Assembly (NCBI GenBank): GCA_035292445.1
Contig: DATDQB010000002.1
Coordinates: forward strand, 14,714-78,713
Length of the DNA stretch: 64,000 nucleotides
Reading direction: 5' to 3'
Origin: Candidatus Omnitrophota bacterium
Lineage (GTDB): Bacteria > Omnitrophota > Gorgyraeia > Zapsychrales > Zapsychraceae
Below the pieces are notes generated by a model, which saw only the letters and a program-made list of their open reading frames with translations, did not search any database and was not told the origin of the DNA. The position numbers and the translations under genes are program-made. Below, one piece after another: positions 49,319-62,165 of this stretch. Every line of letters begins with the position of its first letter. The first letter of the stretch is position 1.

Positions 49319-49788
49319 TGCGTAGACGAAAAGCGGAAAAAAGAGAAGCTGCAGCAGATCCTAAATATAACAGCCGTTTGGTGGCTAAATTTATTAACTG
49401 TTTGATGTTTCAAGGCAAAAAGCAGGTGGCTGAAGGAATCGTTTACCGGGCCTTTACTATATTAGAGAAGAAAATACCGGAAGAGAACGCTCTTAAGATT
49501 TTTAACAAGGCCATTGATAATATTCGCCCAAGACTGGAAGTTAAAGCCAGGCGTGTTGGCGGGGCCACCTATCAGGTCCCGATCGAGGTCCCGGCCGCTC
49601 GTGGAAATTCCATCGCGATCCGATGGGTCCGTGATTTTGCCCGCAAGAAAAAGGGCCGGCCCATGCAGAATAAATTGGCGGATGAACTTTTGGCGGCCTA
49701 TAAGGGTGAAGGCGCAGCGGTAAAAAAGAGGGACGATACGCATAAGATGGCGGAATCCAATAAAGCGTTCGCCCATTTAAGGTGGTAA
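49318..49788 (+). CDS. rpsG: 30S ribosomal protein S7
   Basis: RRVGGATYQVP, HKMAESNKAFAH. Confidence 0.98.
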   Translation: MRRRKAEKREAAADPKYNSRLVAKFINCLMFQGKKQVAEGIVYRAFTILEKKIPEENALKIFNKAIDNIRPRLEVKARRVGGATYQVPIEVPAARGNSIAIRWVRDFARKKKGRPMQNKLADELLAAYKGEGAAVKKRDDTHKMAESNKAFAHLRW

Positions 49789-49791
49789 GAA

Positions 49792-51900
49792 ATGGCTAAA
49801 GGACAAGACATCCCATTAAAAGATTACAGGAATTTCGGTATCATCGCCCATATCGATGCCGGCAAGACGACGACGACCGAGCGGATTCTGTATTACACCG
49901 GTGAGATCCACAAAATGGGAAATATCGATGACGGCAACACGACGATGGACTGGATGCCTCAGGAGCAAGAGCGCGGCATTACCATTACGGCGGCGAACAC
50001 CACTTGTTTTTGGAAAGGCAAGAAGCTTAATATCATCGATACGCCCGGGCACGTGGATTTTACCATTGAAGTTGAGCGATCATTGAAAGTTTTGGACGGG
50101 GCGGTCGTTGTTTTGTGCGGCACCTCAGGCGTTCAGCCGCAAACGGAGACCGTTTGGCGTCAAGCGGAGCGATACCATGTTCCCCGCCTTGTCTTTATTA
50201 ATAAGTTGGATCGTTTGGGAGCCAGTTTTGAAAGGGTTTTGAGTCATATCGAAGATCGCTTGGGAGTCAAACCAGCGCCATTACAACTTCCGGATGGGAC
50301 GGAAGATAAATTTAAAGGTCTTTTTGATCTCATTGAGCAGAAATATCATGTTTATACGACTGACGACGGTACGGGCATCGAAGAACGTGAGATTCCACCC
50401 GAGTGGAAAGAGAAAGTAGCGAAAGCCCGTAATGTCATGATCGAAAGATTGGCTGATGCCGACGATATTATTGCCGAGAAGTTTCTGGAAGAACAAGAGA
50501 TCACGGTGGCGGATATTAAAGCAGGTATCCGGCGCGCCGTTTTGGCCAGCAAATTTCTGCCTGTTTTGACGGGGACCTCTTTAAGAAATAAAGGGGTACA
50601 GTTACTTTTGGATGCCATTGCCGAATATCTGCCGTCTCCTTTGGATGTGCCCCCGGTTAAAGGAAAAGTGCCGAGAAGCGAAGAGTTAACAACGCGCCCC
50701 CCTGATCCGAATGCGCCGTTTTCCGCTCTTGTTTTTAAGGTGGCAACGGATCCATATGTTGGCAAGTTGTTTTATACGCGTATTTATTCAGGGACTATTA
50801 AGCAAGGGGAAACAGTTTATAATTCATCCGATGATAAAAAAGAGCGCCTTTCTAAAATTGTTTTGATGCATGCCAATAAACAAGAAATCATTGATAAAGC
50901 ATCCGCCGGAGAGATTGTTGCGGTGGTCGGTCTTAAGGAAACAAAATCAGGTCAGACTCTTTGCGCTTACGATCAGCCGATTCTTATTGAAAGTATGCGC
51001 ATACCGGAGCCGGTTGTATCGATGTCGCTTGAGCCGAAGTCGAAGGCAGATTCTGATAAATTAGGCTTAACGATTCGAAAATTTTTGGATGAAGACCCCT
51101 CACTTCGGGTTTTTTATGACCAGGAAACGGGCCAAACGATCATCTCAGGGATGGGGGAATTGCATTTGGAAATCGTTATTGACCGTATGAAACGAGAATT
51201 TAATCTGGACGCAAACGTTGGCCGGCCGGAGGTAGCCTATAAAGAAACCATCACGCAGCCCGTTAAGGATGTGGAAGGAAAATTCATTTCACAGACCGGG
51301 GGCCGGGGTCAATACGGCCATGTGGTGATTAATGTTGAGCCGGCTGAAAAAAGAGGGGCGGGGATTGAGTTTATCAATAAGATAAAAGGCGGGGCCATTC
51401 CAAGGGAATTCTTCAACCCGATCGAAAAAGGGGTCCGTGAGGGCGCCTTGAACGGCGTTTTAGCCGGTTACCCATCCACTGATTTTAAAGTAACGCTTTT
51501 TGACGGCTCTTTTCACGAAGTTGATTCGAGCGAAATGGCGTTCCAATTAGCCGCCAGGGCAGCACTTAAAGAAGCCTTGCGTCGGGGAAAACCTGTTCTG
51601 CTGGAGCCCATTATGGATGTGGAAATAGTTTGTCCTGAGGAATTCATGGGGTCTGTCATGGGCGATATTAATACAAGACGGGCAAAGATCGTTCATATGG
51701 GGAATCAGGGGATCCTTAAAACCACCCGCTGTGAGGTCCCGTTGGCGGAAATGTTCAATTACGCCAATGCGGTTCGCTCTCTTTCACAAGGCCGCGCATC
51801 ATTCACGATGGAGCCGGCATTTTACGATATTGTTCCTCAATATGTCGCCGATAAAGTTATAGGCGAGCGGGAACAAACGTTAGGTAATAAAAGACGTTAA
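49792..51900 (+). CDS. fusA: elongation factor G
   Basis: [39 protein letters not shown]. Confidence 0.98.
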   Translation: MAKGQDIPLKDYRNFGIIAHIDAGKTTTTERILYYTGEIHKMGNIDDGNTTMDWMPQEQERGITITAANTTCFWKGKKLNIIDTPGHVDFTIEVERSLKVLDGAVVVLCGTSGVQPQTETVWRQAERYHVPRLVFINKLDRLGASFERVLSHIEDRLGVKPAPLQLPDGTEDKFKGLFDLIEQKYHVYTTDDGTGIEEREIPPEWKEKVAKARNVMIERLADADDIIAEKFLEEQEITVADIKAGIRRAVLASKFLPVLTGTSLRNKGVQLLLDAIAEYLPSPLDVPPVKGKVPRSEELTTRPPDPNAPFSALVFKVATDPYVGKLFYTRIYSGTIKQGETVYNSSDDKKERLSKIVLMHANKQEIIDKASAGEIVAVVGLKETKSGQTLCAYDQPILIESMRIPEPVVSMSLEPKSKADSDKLGLTIRKFLDEDPSLRVFYDQETGQTIISGMGELHLEIVIDRMKREFNLDANVGRPEVAYKETITQPVKDVEGKFISQTGGRGQYGHVVINVEPAEKRGAGIEFINKIKGGAIPREFFNPIEKGVREGALNGVLAGYPSTDFKVTLFDGSFHEVDSSEMAFQLAARAALKEALRRGKPVLLEPIMDVEIVCPEEFMGSVMGDINTRRAKIVHMGNQGILKTTRCEVPLAEMFNYANAVRSLSQGRASFTMEPAFYDIVPQYVADKVIGEREQTLGNKRR

Positions 51901-51946
51901 GGATTGAAACTATTAAATTTGAATAGAAAAAAAACGGAGGAATAAA

Positions 51947-53140
<1,194 letters not shown>

Positions 53141-53178
53141 GCGAACATGAAATCCTCTGGAAATCTCCAAAGGATTTC

Positions 53179-53499
53179 ATGGCGCAGGATAAACATATGC
53201 AGAAAATACGCATCAAACTAAAAGCATTCGATCATCGGTTGATCGACCAGTCCGCTCAGGAAATCGTCGATACGGCTATCCGCACGGGGGCGAAAGTCTC
53301 CGGCCCGGTACCGCTGCCGACGAAGAAAGAGCTGTATACGGTCTTACGTTCACCGGTGATTGATAAAAAATCCCGCGAGCAATTCAGTTTGGCGACACAT
53401 AAACGGCTTATCGATTTGGTGGACCCGACCGCTAAGACCGTGGAAGCGCTGCGCAAACTCAATCTGCCGGCGGGAGTCGATGTTGAAATCAAGCAATAA
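53179..53499 (+). CDS. rpsJ: 30S ribosomal protein S10
   Basis: [28 protein letters not shown]. Confidence 0.97.
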   Translation: MAQDKHMQKIRIKLKAFDHRLIDQSAQEIVDTAIRTGAKVSGPVPLPTKKELYTVLRSPVIDKKSREQFSLATHKRLIDLVDPTAKTVEALRKLNLPAGVDVEIKQ

Positions 53500-53508
53500 G
53501 GTGCAAAG

Positions 53509-54228
53509 ATGATTCGAGGTTTGTTGGGAAAAAAACTGGGCATGACTCAAATTTTCGACAAGGATGGAAATGTCATTCCTGTAACGCTTGTCGAGGCGGG
53601 CCCCTGCACTGTTTTGGAGCTTAAGGATAATCCACTGAAGGTTAAAGTGGGGTTTGATAAAATTAAAGAATCCCGTACAAATAAACCCCGGTTAGGTTAT
53701 TTTAAGAAATTAAACGTAAGCCCCATGCGCATTATTAAAGAATTTTCGTCGACGGATAATAAGAATTATCAAGTTGGAGGGGAAATTAAGGTTGAAGTGT
53801 TCCGCCCCGGAGATTATGTTGATGTGGCCGGCACTTCGATCGGAAAAGGATTCCAAGGCGGTATGAAACGCCATGGGTGGCACGGTGGCGGAAGCTCGCA
53901 TGGTTCCATGCACCATCGTCGCGTTGGCTCCATCAGTTCAAGTACGACCCCGGGCCGAGTTATTAAAGGTAGGACCATGCCTGGGCATATGGGGAGCGAA
54001 ACGGTAACGGCGCAAAGTTTGAGGGTGATACTTGTTGATAGCGAAAAAAATCTTTTGGCCGTTAAAGGAGCTGTCCCGGGCTGTAAAAATAGTTTTGTCA
54101 CGATTAATTTGTCAGTGAAGAAGAAATTCAAAGCATTGGACGAGAAAAAGGCCGTTATACAGCATAAGGTCAATCCGATGAAGCAAAGCAAGGCCAAAGC
54201 CGGCGGAAAAGGCGCTGCTAAGAAATAA
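53509..54228 (+). CDS. rplC: 50S ribosomal protein L3
   Basis: [26 protein letters not shown]. Confidence 0.97.
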   Translation: MIRGLLGKKLGMTQIFDKDGNVIPVTLVEAGPCTVLELKDNPLKVKVGFDKIKESRTNKPRLGYFKKLNVSPMRIIKEFSSTDNKNYQVGGEIKVEVFRPGDYVDVAGTSIGKGFQGGMKRHGWHGGGSSHGSMHHRRVGSISSSTTPGRVIKGRTMPGHMGSETVTAQSLRVILVDSEKNLLAVKGAVPGCKNSFVTINLSVKKKFKALDEKKAVIQHKVNPMKQSKAKAGGKGAAKK

Positions 54229-54229
54229 T

Positions 54230-54853
54230 ATGGCTAAACTAGCGATATTTAATAGAGAAGGCAAAGAAAAAGGCTCGATAGAGATCCCGGATGAGATCTT
54301 CACGGCTCCGGTCAATACGGATGTCATTCATCAGGCGATGGTCGCGTATCAGGCCTGCCAACGCCAGGGAACCGCCGACTGCAAAACCCGTAAAGATGTT
54401 TCTGGTGGTGGGATCAAGCCTTGGCGTCAAAAAGGAACGGGCCGGGCCCGACACGGCTCGATACGCTCCCCGCTTTGGCGCGGAGGCGGCGTGACATTCG
54501 GCCCAATACCGAGAGATTTTAGTTTCACTGTTCCCAAACGCGTGAAGTGGGCGGCGCTGCGGGAGAGCCTGAACGCGAAGTTTCAAGCCAATAACTGGAT
54601 GTGCGTCGATGATATTAAAGAGCCTTTAACCAAAACAAAAGAATTTGCTTCTATTTTAAATGCCTTAAAATTGAAAGGCAGCGTATTGGCCTTATTGGAT
54701 GGTTGTGATACCAGCATTGAACGCGTTTCCAGAAACGTCGGTTCTTTTCGCTTAGTGCGCGCCCAAGATGTCAACGCCTACGACATTTTATGTTCTAAAA
54801 ACGTCTTGGCCAGTAAGACAGCCGTTGGGCATTTATTGGAGAGGATTAAATAA
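54230..54853 (+). CDS. rplD: 50S ribosomal protein L4
   Basis: KPWRQKGTGRARHGS, GGGVTFGP. Confidence 0.97.
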   Translation: MAKLAIFNREGKEKGSIEIPDEIFTAPVNTDVIHQAMVAYQACQRQGTADCKTRKDVSGGGIKPWRQKGTGRARHGSIRSPLWRGGGVTFGPIPRDFSFTVPKRVKWAALRESLNAKFQANNWMCVDDIKEPLTKTKEFASILNALKLKGSVLALLDGCDTSIERVSRNVGSFRLVRAQDVNAYDILCSKNVLASKTAVGHLLERIK

Positions 54854-55131
54854 TGAAGACCGCTTACGATGTGATCAAAACTTTGGTACGGACGGAAAAA
54901 GGAACTCGGCTTGAGCCGCAGCGAAAGTATTTGTTTCAAGTCGCCTCAGGCACCAACAAGATTGAAATAAAGAGAGCTATTGAAGAGCTTTACAAAGTCA
55001 AAGTCCAAGATGTCAATACATCAATCGTCCGTGGAAAATTAAAGACCGTTCGGCGGGAGATCGGAAAGACGGCCGATTGGAAAAAGGCCGTTGTGACCTT
55101 AAAAGAAGGCCAGAAGATAGAGGTAACATAA
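54853..55131 (+). CDS. rplW: 50S ribosomal protein L23
   Basis: [24 protein letters not shown]. Confidence 0.95.
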   Translation: MKTAYDVIKTLVRTEKGTRLEPQRKYLFQVASGTNKIEIKRAIEELYKVKVQDVNTSIVRGKLKTVRREIGKTADWKKAVVTLKEGQKIEVT

Positions 55132-55132
55132 C

Positions 55133-55978
55133 GTGGGCATAAGGAAATTTAAACCGACAACAAGCTCTTTACGATTCACGGCCATATCGGATTTTGCCGA
55201 GCTCACCAAGCACAAACCGGAGAAGTCACTGCTTCGTCCCTTAAAGAGTTCCGGCGGGCGTAACAGCTATGGGCGCATTACCGTTCGTCATCGCGGCGGC
55301 GGGCATAAGCGCATGTACCGCATCATCGATTTCAAGCGCGATCGTTTTGACGTGGAAGCGCAAGTCATCGCTATTGAATATGACCCTAATCGAACGGCGC
55401 GGATCGCCTTGCTCCAATATCCTGACGGCCAAAAGACATATATCCTGGCCCCGTTGGAATTGAATGTCGGCGATAAGATTGTCAGCACGAAGGATCAGGA
55501 TGTTGAAATTAAGCCCGGAAATTGTATGCCGCTTAGTAAAATTCCTTTGGGAACGGCCGTTCATAATATTGAAATGAAGCCGGGTAAGGGCGGTCAGATT
55601 TGCCGTTCAGCCGGTACGGCGGCGCAGATCATGGCCAAAGAAGGGGAGTATGCGTTTATCCGTATGCCTTCCAGCGAAGTAAGAAAAATTCAGATTGTCT
55701 GCCGGGCCACCATCGGCCAGATCGGCAATGTTGAACATGAATCGCGCTCTTTGGGCAAGGCAGGACGTTTCCGATGGAAAGGACGACGTAGCGGCACGCG
55801 GGGCGTTGTCATGAATCCGGTGGATCACCCTCATGGCGGCGGTGAAGGTAAAGCCCCCCAAGGTAATCCTCATCCGGTGACGCCATGGGGTAAGCCGACC
55901 AAAGGATATAAGACGCGCAATAAACAGAAATATTCCAACAGGTTCATTATTGACCGGCGAAAGAAAGGTGTACGCTAA
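55133..55978 (+). CDS. rplB: 50S ribosomal protein L2
   Basis: [28 protein letters not shown]. Confidence 0.98.
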   Translation: MGIRKFKPTTSSLRFTAISDFAELTKHKPEKSLLRPLKSSGGRNSYGRITVRHRGGGHKRMYRIIDFKRDRFDVEAQVIAIEYDPNRTARIALLQYPDGQKTYILAPLELNVGDKIVSTKDQDVEIKPGNCMPLSKIPLGTAVHNIEMKPGKGGQICRSAGTAAQIMAKEGEYAFIRMPSSEVRKIQIVCRATIGQIGNVEHESRSLGKAGRFRWKGRRSGTRGVVMNPVDHPHGGGEGKAPQGNPHPVTPWGKPTKGYKTRNKQKYSNRFIIDRRKKGVR

Positions 55979-56265
55979 TGCCACGATCGCTTAAAAAGGG
56001 AGCTTATGTTGAGCCTTCTTTAACAAAACAATTGGAGCGGTCTCTTAAGTCCAACAGGAGAGAGCCGATTAAAACTTGGTCGCGGCGTTCCACCGTTACA
56101 CCCGAGTTTGTCGGATATACGGTTGCCGTACATGACGGACGCAAACACGTTCCTATTTTTATTACGGAAAACATGGTGGGGTATAAATTCGGTGAATTCG
56201 CCCCGACGCGGACATTTAAGAAGCACGGTGGTGTAAAAGCCAAGAAATCTGCGGAGTTGACATAA
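55978..56265 (+). CDS. rpsS: 30S ribosomal protein S19
   Basis: RSLKKG, KTWSRRS, GEFAPTR. Confidence 0.97.
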   Translation: MPRSLKKGAYVEPSLTKQLERSLKSNRREPIKTWSRRSTVTPEFVGYTVAVHDGRKHVPIFITENMVGYKFGEFAPTRTFKKHGGVKAKKSAELT

Positions 56266-56269
56266 AGCC

Positions 56270-56605
56270 ATGATTGCCAAAGCCAAAGCCAAATTTGTGA
56301 GAGGTACCCCTACCAAGGTCAGACAAGTCATTGATCTGATCCGGGGAAAGAATATACCGGCTTCCCAGGCGATCCTGACGCATGTGAACAAAGGATCGAC
56401 CAAATGGATTCGAAAGGTTTTGGACTCGGCCGTTGCCAACGCGAAGCAAAAAGGGCTGATGGAAGACCAGCTGTATATTTCCAAGATCACCGCCGATCAG
56501 GGGCCTATGATGAAACGATGGCGAGCGGCTGCCTTCGGGCGGGCGACGCCTCTTTTAAAAAGAACGACGCATTTAACCATTGAACTGGATTTAATTACAA
56601 AGTAA
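56270..56605 (+). CDS. rplV: 50S ribosomal protein L22
   Basis: KVRQVIDLIRG, SAVANA, GPMMKR..GRA. Confidence 0.96.
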   Translation: MIAKAKAKFVRGTPTKVRQVIDLIRGKNIPASQAILTHVNKGSTKWIRKVLDSAVANAKQKGLMEDQLYISKITADQGPMMKRWRAAAFGRATPLLKRTTHLTIELDLITK

Positions 56606-56617
56606 GGAGCAATTCAA

Positions 56618-57310
56618 GTGGGACAAAAGGTAAGCCCAGAATTATTAAGACTCGGATTTATCAAGAATTGGCGCAGCGTTTGGTACGCGGATAAAGCTCA
56701 GTTCGCCAAGAATGTTATTGAGGATCAGAAAATTCGTTTGTTTATTAAGAAGAAATATGTTCAAGCGGCCGTATCAAAGGTGGAAATCGAGCGGCTGGCC
56801 GAAAAAATCAAGATCATTATTCATACGGCGCGTCCGGGGGTTATTATTGGCCGGCGCGGGGCGGATATTGACAAGTTGCGGGCTGAATTAGGGCAATTCT
56901 CTGATAAAGAGATTTCCATTGATCCGCGCGAAGTAAAAAACCCCGCCGCCGATGCCCAGTTGATTGCCCAGAATATCGCGTTTCAAATGGAGAAACGGGT
57001 CGCTTTTCGAAGGGCGATGAAGAGGGCTATGGATAACGCCTTATCGGCCGGGGTCCTAGGGATCAAAATCAGGTGTTCAGGGCGTCTTAACGGTGCTGAA
57101 ATGGCTCGGGCGGAAAGTTATAAATTGGGAAAACTTCCTTTGCAGACATTGCGTGCGCAAATTGATTATGGTTTCGCCGAATCGCTCACCACGTACGGGT
57201 TATTGGGCGTTAAGGTTTGGGTCAATAAGGGCGAGGTTATTAAGGAAAAAAAGAGGCAGAATATGATCAGCCCCACGGAGAAATCAAAAGGGATAGCAGG
57301 AGAAAAATAA
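56618..57310 (+). CDS. rpsC: 30S ribosomal protein S3
   Basis: MGQKV, ARPGVIIG, GRLNGAEMAR, PLQTLRA. Confidence 0.97.
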   Translation: MGQKVSPELLRLGFIKNWRSVWYADKAQFAKNVIEDQKIRLFIKKKYVQAAVSKVEIERLAEKIKIIIHTARPGVIIGRRGADIDKLRAELGQFSDKEISIDPREVKNPAADAQLIAQNIAFQMEKRVAFRRAMKRAMDNALSAGVLGIKIRCSGRLNGAEMARAESYKLGKLPLQTLRAQIDYGFAESLTTYGLLGVKVWVNKGEVIKEKKRQNMISPTEKSKGIAGEK

Positions 57311-57311
57311 G

Positions 57312-57731
57312 ATGCTCACCATGCCGCGAAAAGTTAAGTACCGTAAGTCCCAAAAAGGGAAGACCCGTGGCATCGCTACCCGGGGGGATAGAATTCATTA
57401 CGGCGATTATGCGCTGAAATCTTTGGAGAACGGTATTGTTCGTGGTAACCATATGGAGGCCTGCCGCGTTGTGGTGGCCCGTAAGATGAAGGGTGCAGGG
57501 AAATTATGGGTGAATATGTTCCCCTGGAAACCTGTCACCAAGAAACCGGCGGAAACACGTATGGGAAAAGGAAAAGGCGAGCTGGATCACTGGGTGTGCC
57601 CGATCAGACGGGGTAAGGTTTTGTTTGAGTTGAGCGGCGTGCCGGAGAGTTTCGCCAAGGAAGTCTTGCGTTTGGTGGCGTTTAAATTACCGGTACGGAC
57701 AAAATTTATCACACGGGCCGGAGGGCTTTAA
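57312..57731 (+). CDS. rplP: 50S ribosomal protein L16
   Basis: KYRK, KKPAETRMGKGKG, KLP. Confidence 0.97.
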   Translation: MLTMPRKVKYRKSQKGKTRGIATRGDRIHYGDYALKSLENGIVRGNHMEACRVVVARKMKGAGKLWVNMFPWKPVTKKPAETRMGKGKGELDHWVCPIRRGKVLFELSGVPESFAKEVLRLVAFKLPVRTKFITRAGGL

Positions 57732-57735
57732 TTCC

Positions 57736-57954
57736 ATGAAATTAAAAGAATTACGAGAGCTTAGTTTAGAAGAATTAGCCCAGAAAGAAAAAGATTTTAA
57801 GAAGGAATTGTTTGACCTTAATTATCAGCGGAAGATGGGGCGCGTTGAGAAACCGTCCCGTTTTCATGTGCTTAGACGCGGCGTCGCCCGCATATTGACG
57901 ATTTTAAAAGAAAGAGAAATGGAAGATGAGCGAAGAAACGCAAATAAAAAATAA
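57736..57954 (+). CDS. rpmC: 50S ribosomal protein L29
   Basis: KELRELS..KKELFDL..ARILT; synteny. Confidence 0.93.
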   Translation: MKLKELRELSLEELAQKEKDFKKELFDLNYQRKMGRVEKPSRFHVLRRGVARILTILKEREMEDERRNANKK

Positions 57955-58219
57955 GCAGGGCAGACGACGTTTTTTGGACGGCGTTGTTTTAAGCGATAAA
58001 ATGAATAAGACCCGTGTTGTGCAGGTGCGCTGGCGGACGAAGCATGCGCAGTATCTAAAAGTCATTTTAAAGACCAATAAATATAAAGCCCACGATGAAA
58101 AGAATGAATCGAAGACAGGGGATTTTGTCCGGATGATGGAGACAAGGCCCTTATCCAAAGATAAACGCTGGGTGATCAAAGAAATTTTAAAGAAAGCAGC
58201 GGAGATCGTCGCCAAATGA
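57926..58219 (+). CDS. rpsQ: 30S ribosomal protein S17
   Basis: [22 protein letters not shown]. Confidence 0.96.
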   Translation: MSEETQIKNKQGRRRFLDGVVLSDKMNKTRVVQVRWRTKHAQYLKVILKTNKYKAHDEKNESKTGDFVRMMETRPLSKDKRWVIKEILKKAAEIVAK

Positions 58220-58584
58220 TATTCTTAAAGACCGTCATGGATGTGGCCGACAATACGGGGGCGCGTAAAGCCTCGATGATCGGCGTTCTAAACAGCAAAG
58301 GGCGGCGCTGCGCTCATGTGGGGGATGTTGTCCGCGTTAATATTAAAGAATCATCGCCTGATGCGGCTGTTAAAAAAGGTGAAAAAGCCAAAGGCATCGT
58401 GGTGCGGACCAAGGCTCCCATTCGTCGTTCAGACGGAACTTATATCCGATTCGACACAAACGCCATTGTTATTATTGATGAAGCCGGCAATCCCAGGGGA
58501 ACCCGTGTATTTGGGCCCGTGGCCCGTGAATTAAGAAATATGGAATATATGAAAATCGTTTCCTTAGCGCCTGAGGTCGTCTAA
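58216..58584 (+). CDS. rplN: 50S ribosomal protein L14
   Basis: [26 protein letters not shown]. Confidence 0.97.
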   Translation: MIFLKTVMDVADNTGARKASMIGVLNSKGRRCAHVGDVVRVNIKESSPDAAVKKGEKAKGIVVRTKAPIRRSDGTYIRFDTNAIVIIDEAGNPRGTRVFGPVARELRNMEYMKIVSLAPEVV

Positions 58585-58895
58585 TGTACCGCATAAGAAA
58601 AGATGATTTGGTTTATGTGGTTGTCGGCAAAGATAAGGGGAAAACAGGCAAAGTGCTGCACGTTTATCCCAAACTGCAACGGGCGCTTGTCGAGAGCATT
58701 AACGTTGTCAAAAAAGCGATGCGCCGCACCCAGGACAATCAAAAAGGTGGTTTTGTCGAGATAGAGATGCCGATTCATATTTCGAATTTAATGTTGGCTG
58801 ATAAGAAAACGAACAAACCGGTCCGTCTTGGCGCCAAGTTCGATAAGAGCGGCTCAAAAGAGCGTATCAGCCGGAAATCGGGTGAGGTTATTTAA
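58584..58895 (+). CDS. rplX: 50S ribosomal protein L24
   Basis: GKDKGKTGKV, EMPIHISN. Confidence 0.96.
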   Translation: MYRIRKDDLVYVVVGKDKGKTGKVLHVYPKLQRALVESINVVKKAMRRTQDNQKGGFVEIEMPIHISNLMLADKKTNKPVRLGAKFDKSGSKERISRKSGEVI

Positions 58896-58896
58896 G

Positions 58897-59448
58897 ATGA
58901 CGAAAGAACCGCGTTTGCATAAATTATATAAAGAAGGCGTTATCCCAAAGATGCAGGAGAAATTCGGCATCAAGAACAAGATGGCGGTGCCGCGGATACA
59001 GAAAATTGTCATCAGCATGGGCGTCGGTAAAGCCATCGGGGATGCAAAAATTCTCGATAGTGCCGTGCACGATCTGACGACCATTACGGGGCAGAGGCCT
59101 GTTGTAACACGAGCAAAATTGGCGATTTCCAATTTTAAGCTGAGAGAAAACGCCCCCATTGGCTGTAAAGTCACGCTGCGCCGGACAAGGATGTACGAAT
59201 TCCTGGATCGGTTTGTCAGCGTCGCTTTACCGCGTATCCGGGATTTTAACGGCGTTTCCAGGAAATCTTTCGACAACGAAGGCAATTTCAACTTAGGCCT
59301 CGATGAACAATCAATCTTCCCCGAAATTGACACGGGAAGGATCCAGCATGTCCAAGGGATGAACATCACATTTGTATTCAATAAAGCCCCCAAAGAACAA
59401 ACAATGGAAGTTTTATATTTATTAGGGATGCCGTTTAGGAAAAATTAA
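58897..59448 (+). CDS. rplE: 50S ribosomal protein L5
   Basis: ITGQRP, GCKVTLR, LPRIRDF, FPEI; ATG 58897 after the rplX stop. Confidence 0.97.
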   Translation: MTKEPRLHKLYKEGVIPKMQEKFGIKNKMAVPRIQKIVISMGVGKAIGDAKILDSAVHDLTTITGQRPVVTRAKLAISNFKLRENAPIGCKVTLRRTRMYEFLDRFVSVALPRIRDFNGVSRKSFDNEGNFNLGLDEQSIFPEIDTGRIQHVQGMNITFVFNKAPKEQTMEVLYLLGMPFRKN

Positions 59449-59461
59449 AGGATAAGTTTAC

Positions 59462-59647
59462 ATGGCAAAAAAGGGATTAATTAATAAATCAAAGAAGCCA
59501 GCTAAGTTTTCAACCAGGCAACATAATCGCTGCAAGTTGTGCGGCCGCCCGAGAGGATACTTAAGAAGGTTTAATATGTGCCGCATATGCTTTCGGGAAT
59601 TGGCCTGGCGCGGGGAAATCCCGGGTGTGCGAAAGGCCAGCTGGTAA
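59462..59647 (+). CDS. rpsN: 30S ribosomal protein S14, zinc-binding type Z
   Basis: [25 protein letters not shown]. Confidence 0.96.
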   Translation: MAKKGLINKSKKPAKFSTRQHNRCKLCGRPRGYLRRFNMCRICFRELAWRGEIPGVRKASW

Positions 59648-59672
59648 CATACTTAATTTAAGGGAATAAACT

Positions 59673-60068
59673 ATGTCATTAAATGATCCGATCAGTAATT
59701 TGTTAACGACTGTCCGAAACGGCCTTCAGGCGCGCCAGGAAACGGTCGATATTCCGGCCTCAAAACTCAATGGGCGCATTTTGGAGATCTTCAAAAGAGA
59801 CGGATACATTGAAGATTTCCGGTCCATGCAGACCACCGCCCAAGGCTCCTTTAAGGTCTATTTGAAATACGAAAGGAAAAAGCCGGTCATTATCGGTTTA
59901 AAAAGGATTTCGAAGCCGGGGCTGCGTGTTTACGCCAGGTCCGATAGAGTTCCCCGTGTTTTAAACGGTCTTGGCACGGCTGTTCTGTCGACCTCCAAAG
60001 GAGTGCTGACGGACCGGGAAGCCCGTAAGCAGAAAATCGGCGGGGAAATATTGTGTTATATTTGGTAA
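59673..60068 (+). CDS. rpsH: 30S ribosomal protein S8
   Basis: DPIS, SKPGLRVY, STSKGV, GGE. Confidence 0.97.
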   Translation: MSLNDPISNLLTTVRNGLQARQETVDIPASKLNGRILEIFKRDGYIEDFRSMQTTAQGSFKVYLKYERKKPVIIGLKRISKPGLRVYARSDRVPRVLNGLGTAVLSTSKGVLTDREARKQKIGGEILCYIW

Positions 60069-60087
60069 GTATTAAGGAGAATTTATC

Positions 60088-60627
60088 ATGTCACGTCTTG
60101 CAAAAGTTCCAGTGGTGATTCCCGATAAGGTCAAGGTGACCGTTGTACCGGGAAATATTCATTTGGAAGGGCCGAAGGGGAAGTTAGACCTTAAGGTCCC
60201 CCAAGGGGTAACCGTGGAACAGAAAGAAAATAAATTGCTTGTGAACAGGACTTCCGATCAAAAACAGGCCCGTGCCAGCCAAGGTTCTGTTCGGGCTCAT
60301 TTGGCCAACTTTGTGGAAGGTTTAGTGAACGGGCATAAGAAGGAATTGGAGATCCAAGGCATAGGTTTTCGTGCCAGCTTACAGGGGAAAAAGGTTTTGT
60401 TTAATTTAGGGTTAAGCCATCCGGTCGAGTTTGAAATCCCGGCCGATGTTGATGTTAAGATTCCCACGCAGACTTCCATTATTGTCGAGGGAACCAACAA
60501 TATGCGCGTAGGCTTGATCGCCGCGCAGATCAAGGCTTTAAAGCCTGTAGAGCCTTATAAAGGGAAAGGGATTCGTTACGTGGGCGAAGTTGTCCGGCGT
60601 AAACAAGGTAAATCCGTAACGAAATAA
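60088..60627 (+). CDS. rplF: 50S ribosomal protein L6
   Basis: MSRL, GPKG, LGLSHP, EPYKGKGIRY. Confidence 0.97.
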   Translation: MSRLAKVPVVIPDKVKVTVVPGNIHLEGPKGKLDLKVPQGVTVEQKENKLLVNRTSDQKQARASQGSVRAHLANFVEGLVNGHKKELEIQGIGFRASLQGKKVLFNLGLSHPVEFEIPADVDVKIPTQTSIIVEGTNNMRVGLIAAQIKALKPVEPYKGKGIRYVGEVVRRKQGKSVTK

Positions 60628-60632
60628 AAGTT

Positions 60633-60995
60633 ATGTTAGCGCAAAGAGAGTTAAGCAGAACATATCGTCATCAACGTATCCGAAAAAAGATTTTCGGCAC
60701 CTCCGATAGGCCGCGGTTGTGCATTCATCGCAGCTTAAAGAATCTTTCGGCCCAGGTGATCGATGATACCCAGCATAAAGTCCTTTTTGGGATGTCGACT
60801 TTGTCCAAAGAATTGAAGGGGAAGCTCAAGACGGCCGGCAATGTGCAGGCAGCGACTCAATTCGGGCAGTTTTTTGCCCAGAAAGCCCATGCCAAAGGAA
60901 TCAAAAAGGTTTGTTTTGACCGGGGCGGATATGTTTATCACGGGCGCGTCAAGGCATTTGCCGATGCGGCCCGTCAGAATGGATTGGAGTTTTAA
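60633..60995 (+). CDS. rplR: 50S ribosomal protein L18
   Basis: [26 protein letters not shown]. Confidence 0.97.
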   Translation: MLAQRELSRTYRHQRIRKKIFGTSDRPRLCIHRSLKNLSAQVIDDTQHKVLFGMSTLSKELKGKLKTAGNVQAATQFGQFFAQKAHAKGIKKVCFDRGGYVYHGRVKAFADAARQNGLEF

Positions 60996-60997
60996 AT

Positions 60998-61690
60998 ATG
61001 GTAATGGAAGATAAAGAGCAGTCAGGGCCAAAAGAAAAGTTAGGCGAAACACCCGAGGCTGATATTTCTTCACCGGAGAAGAGACTGGATCGGTCGAAAG
61101 AGAAAAAGGCACGGCCGCAAGAGGAAGATCTGCTTAAAAAACCAGGCAAGGGGATCCACCGTCAGAAAAAGAAAACACCGGAGGAAGAGGAAGAAGCCGC
61201 CCTTGAAGCCAAGAAGGCCGAGTCAGAATTTATCGAAAAAGTCATCTCCATTAATCGCATCACTAAGGTCACCAAAGGCGGCAAAAAGCTATCGTTCAGC
61301 GCCTTAGTCGTTGTGGGCGATACCAGGGGCAATGTCGGTTATAGTTTATCCAAAGCGGCCGAGGTTTCGATTGCCATCAAGAAAGCCATGGGGGTTGCGA
61401 AGAAAAGCATGGTCAATATTCCTTTAAAGGGAAGTACGATCCCTCATGAAGTGATCGGCCGTTGCGGCGGGGCCAGCGTTTTATTGAAGCCGGCCTCCGA
61501 GGGTACAGGCGTTATAGCAGCCGGTCCTGTGCGGGCCGTTTGTGATGGGGCGGGGATCCGTAATATCCTGACCAAATGCCACCGTTCCAATAATCCGATC
61601 AATGTCGTTAAAGCAACGATGGACGGCTTGCTCCGATTAAAACGGGTTAATGTGATCGTTCCAATACCAGAGGTTACGCATGCAAGTTAA
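60998..61690 (+). CDS. rpsE: 30S ribosomal protein S5 with a long charged N-terminal extension
   Basis: [39 protein letters not shown]. Confidence 0.96.
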   Translation: MVMEDKEQSGPKEKLGETPEADISSPEKRLDRSKEKKARPQEEDLLKKPGKGIHRQKKKTPEEEEEAALEAKKAESEFIEKVISINRITKVTKGGKKLSFSALVVVGDTRGNVGYSLSKAAEVSIAIKKAMGVAKKSMVNIPLKGSTIPHEVIGRCGGASVLLKPASEGTGVIAAGPVRAVCDGAGIRNILTKCHRSNNPINVVKATMDGLLRLKRVNVIVPIPEVTHAS

Positions 61691-62156
61691 TGATATCAAA
61701 GCCCCTTACGGGGTGCGCAGAAGAAGAAAAATTGTCGGCCGGGGCCGCGGTTCAGGCCATGGGAAGACTTCCTGCCGGGGGCATAAAGGGCAGAAAGCCC
61801 ATTCACCGGGCCCGAAGATCATGCTGGAAGGCGGACAGGTGCCGCTTATTCGCCGCATACCCAAAGTGGGATTCAACAGCCATCGTCCCTATCTTTGCCA
61901 AGTGGTCAATGTCGAACTTTTAAATTGTTTTACCAAAGATTCAACAGTCAATATCGTTACGTTAAAAGAAAAGGGCCTGATCAAAAGCCTTAATAAACCG
62001 ATCAAGATTTTGGGCGACGGTGAATTGAAAAAGTCGCTTTTGGTTCAAGTTGAAAATATTTCTAAAACAGCTCAGGAAAAGATCAAAAAGGCCGGCGGTA
62101 AAATCGAAGCGCCGATACGCAAGGCAGACGAAGAAGCACGTGTAGCTGGTAAGTAA
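61680..62156 (+). CDS. rplO: 50S ribosomal protein L15
   Basis: [28 protein letters not shown]. Confidence 0.96.
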   Translation: MQVNDIKAPYGVRRRRKIVGRGRGSGHGKTSCRGHKGQKAHSPGPKIMLEGGQVPLIRRIPKVGFNSHRPYLCQVVNVELLNCFTKDSTVNIVTLKEKGLIKSLNKPIKILGDGELKKSLLVQVENISKTAQEKIKKAGGKIEAPIRKADEEARVAGK

Positions 62157-62165
62157 AAAAACCCC

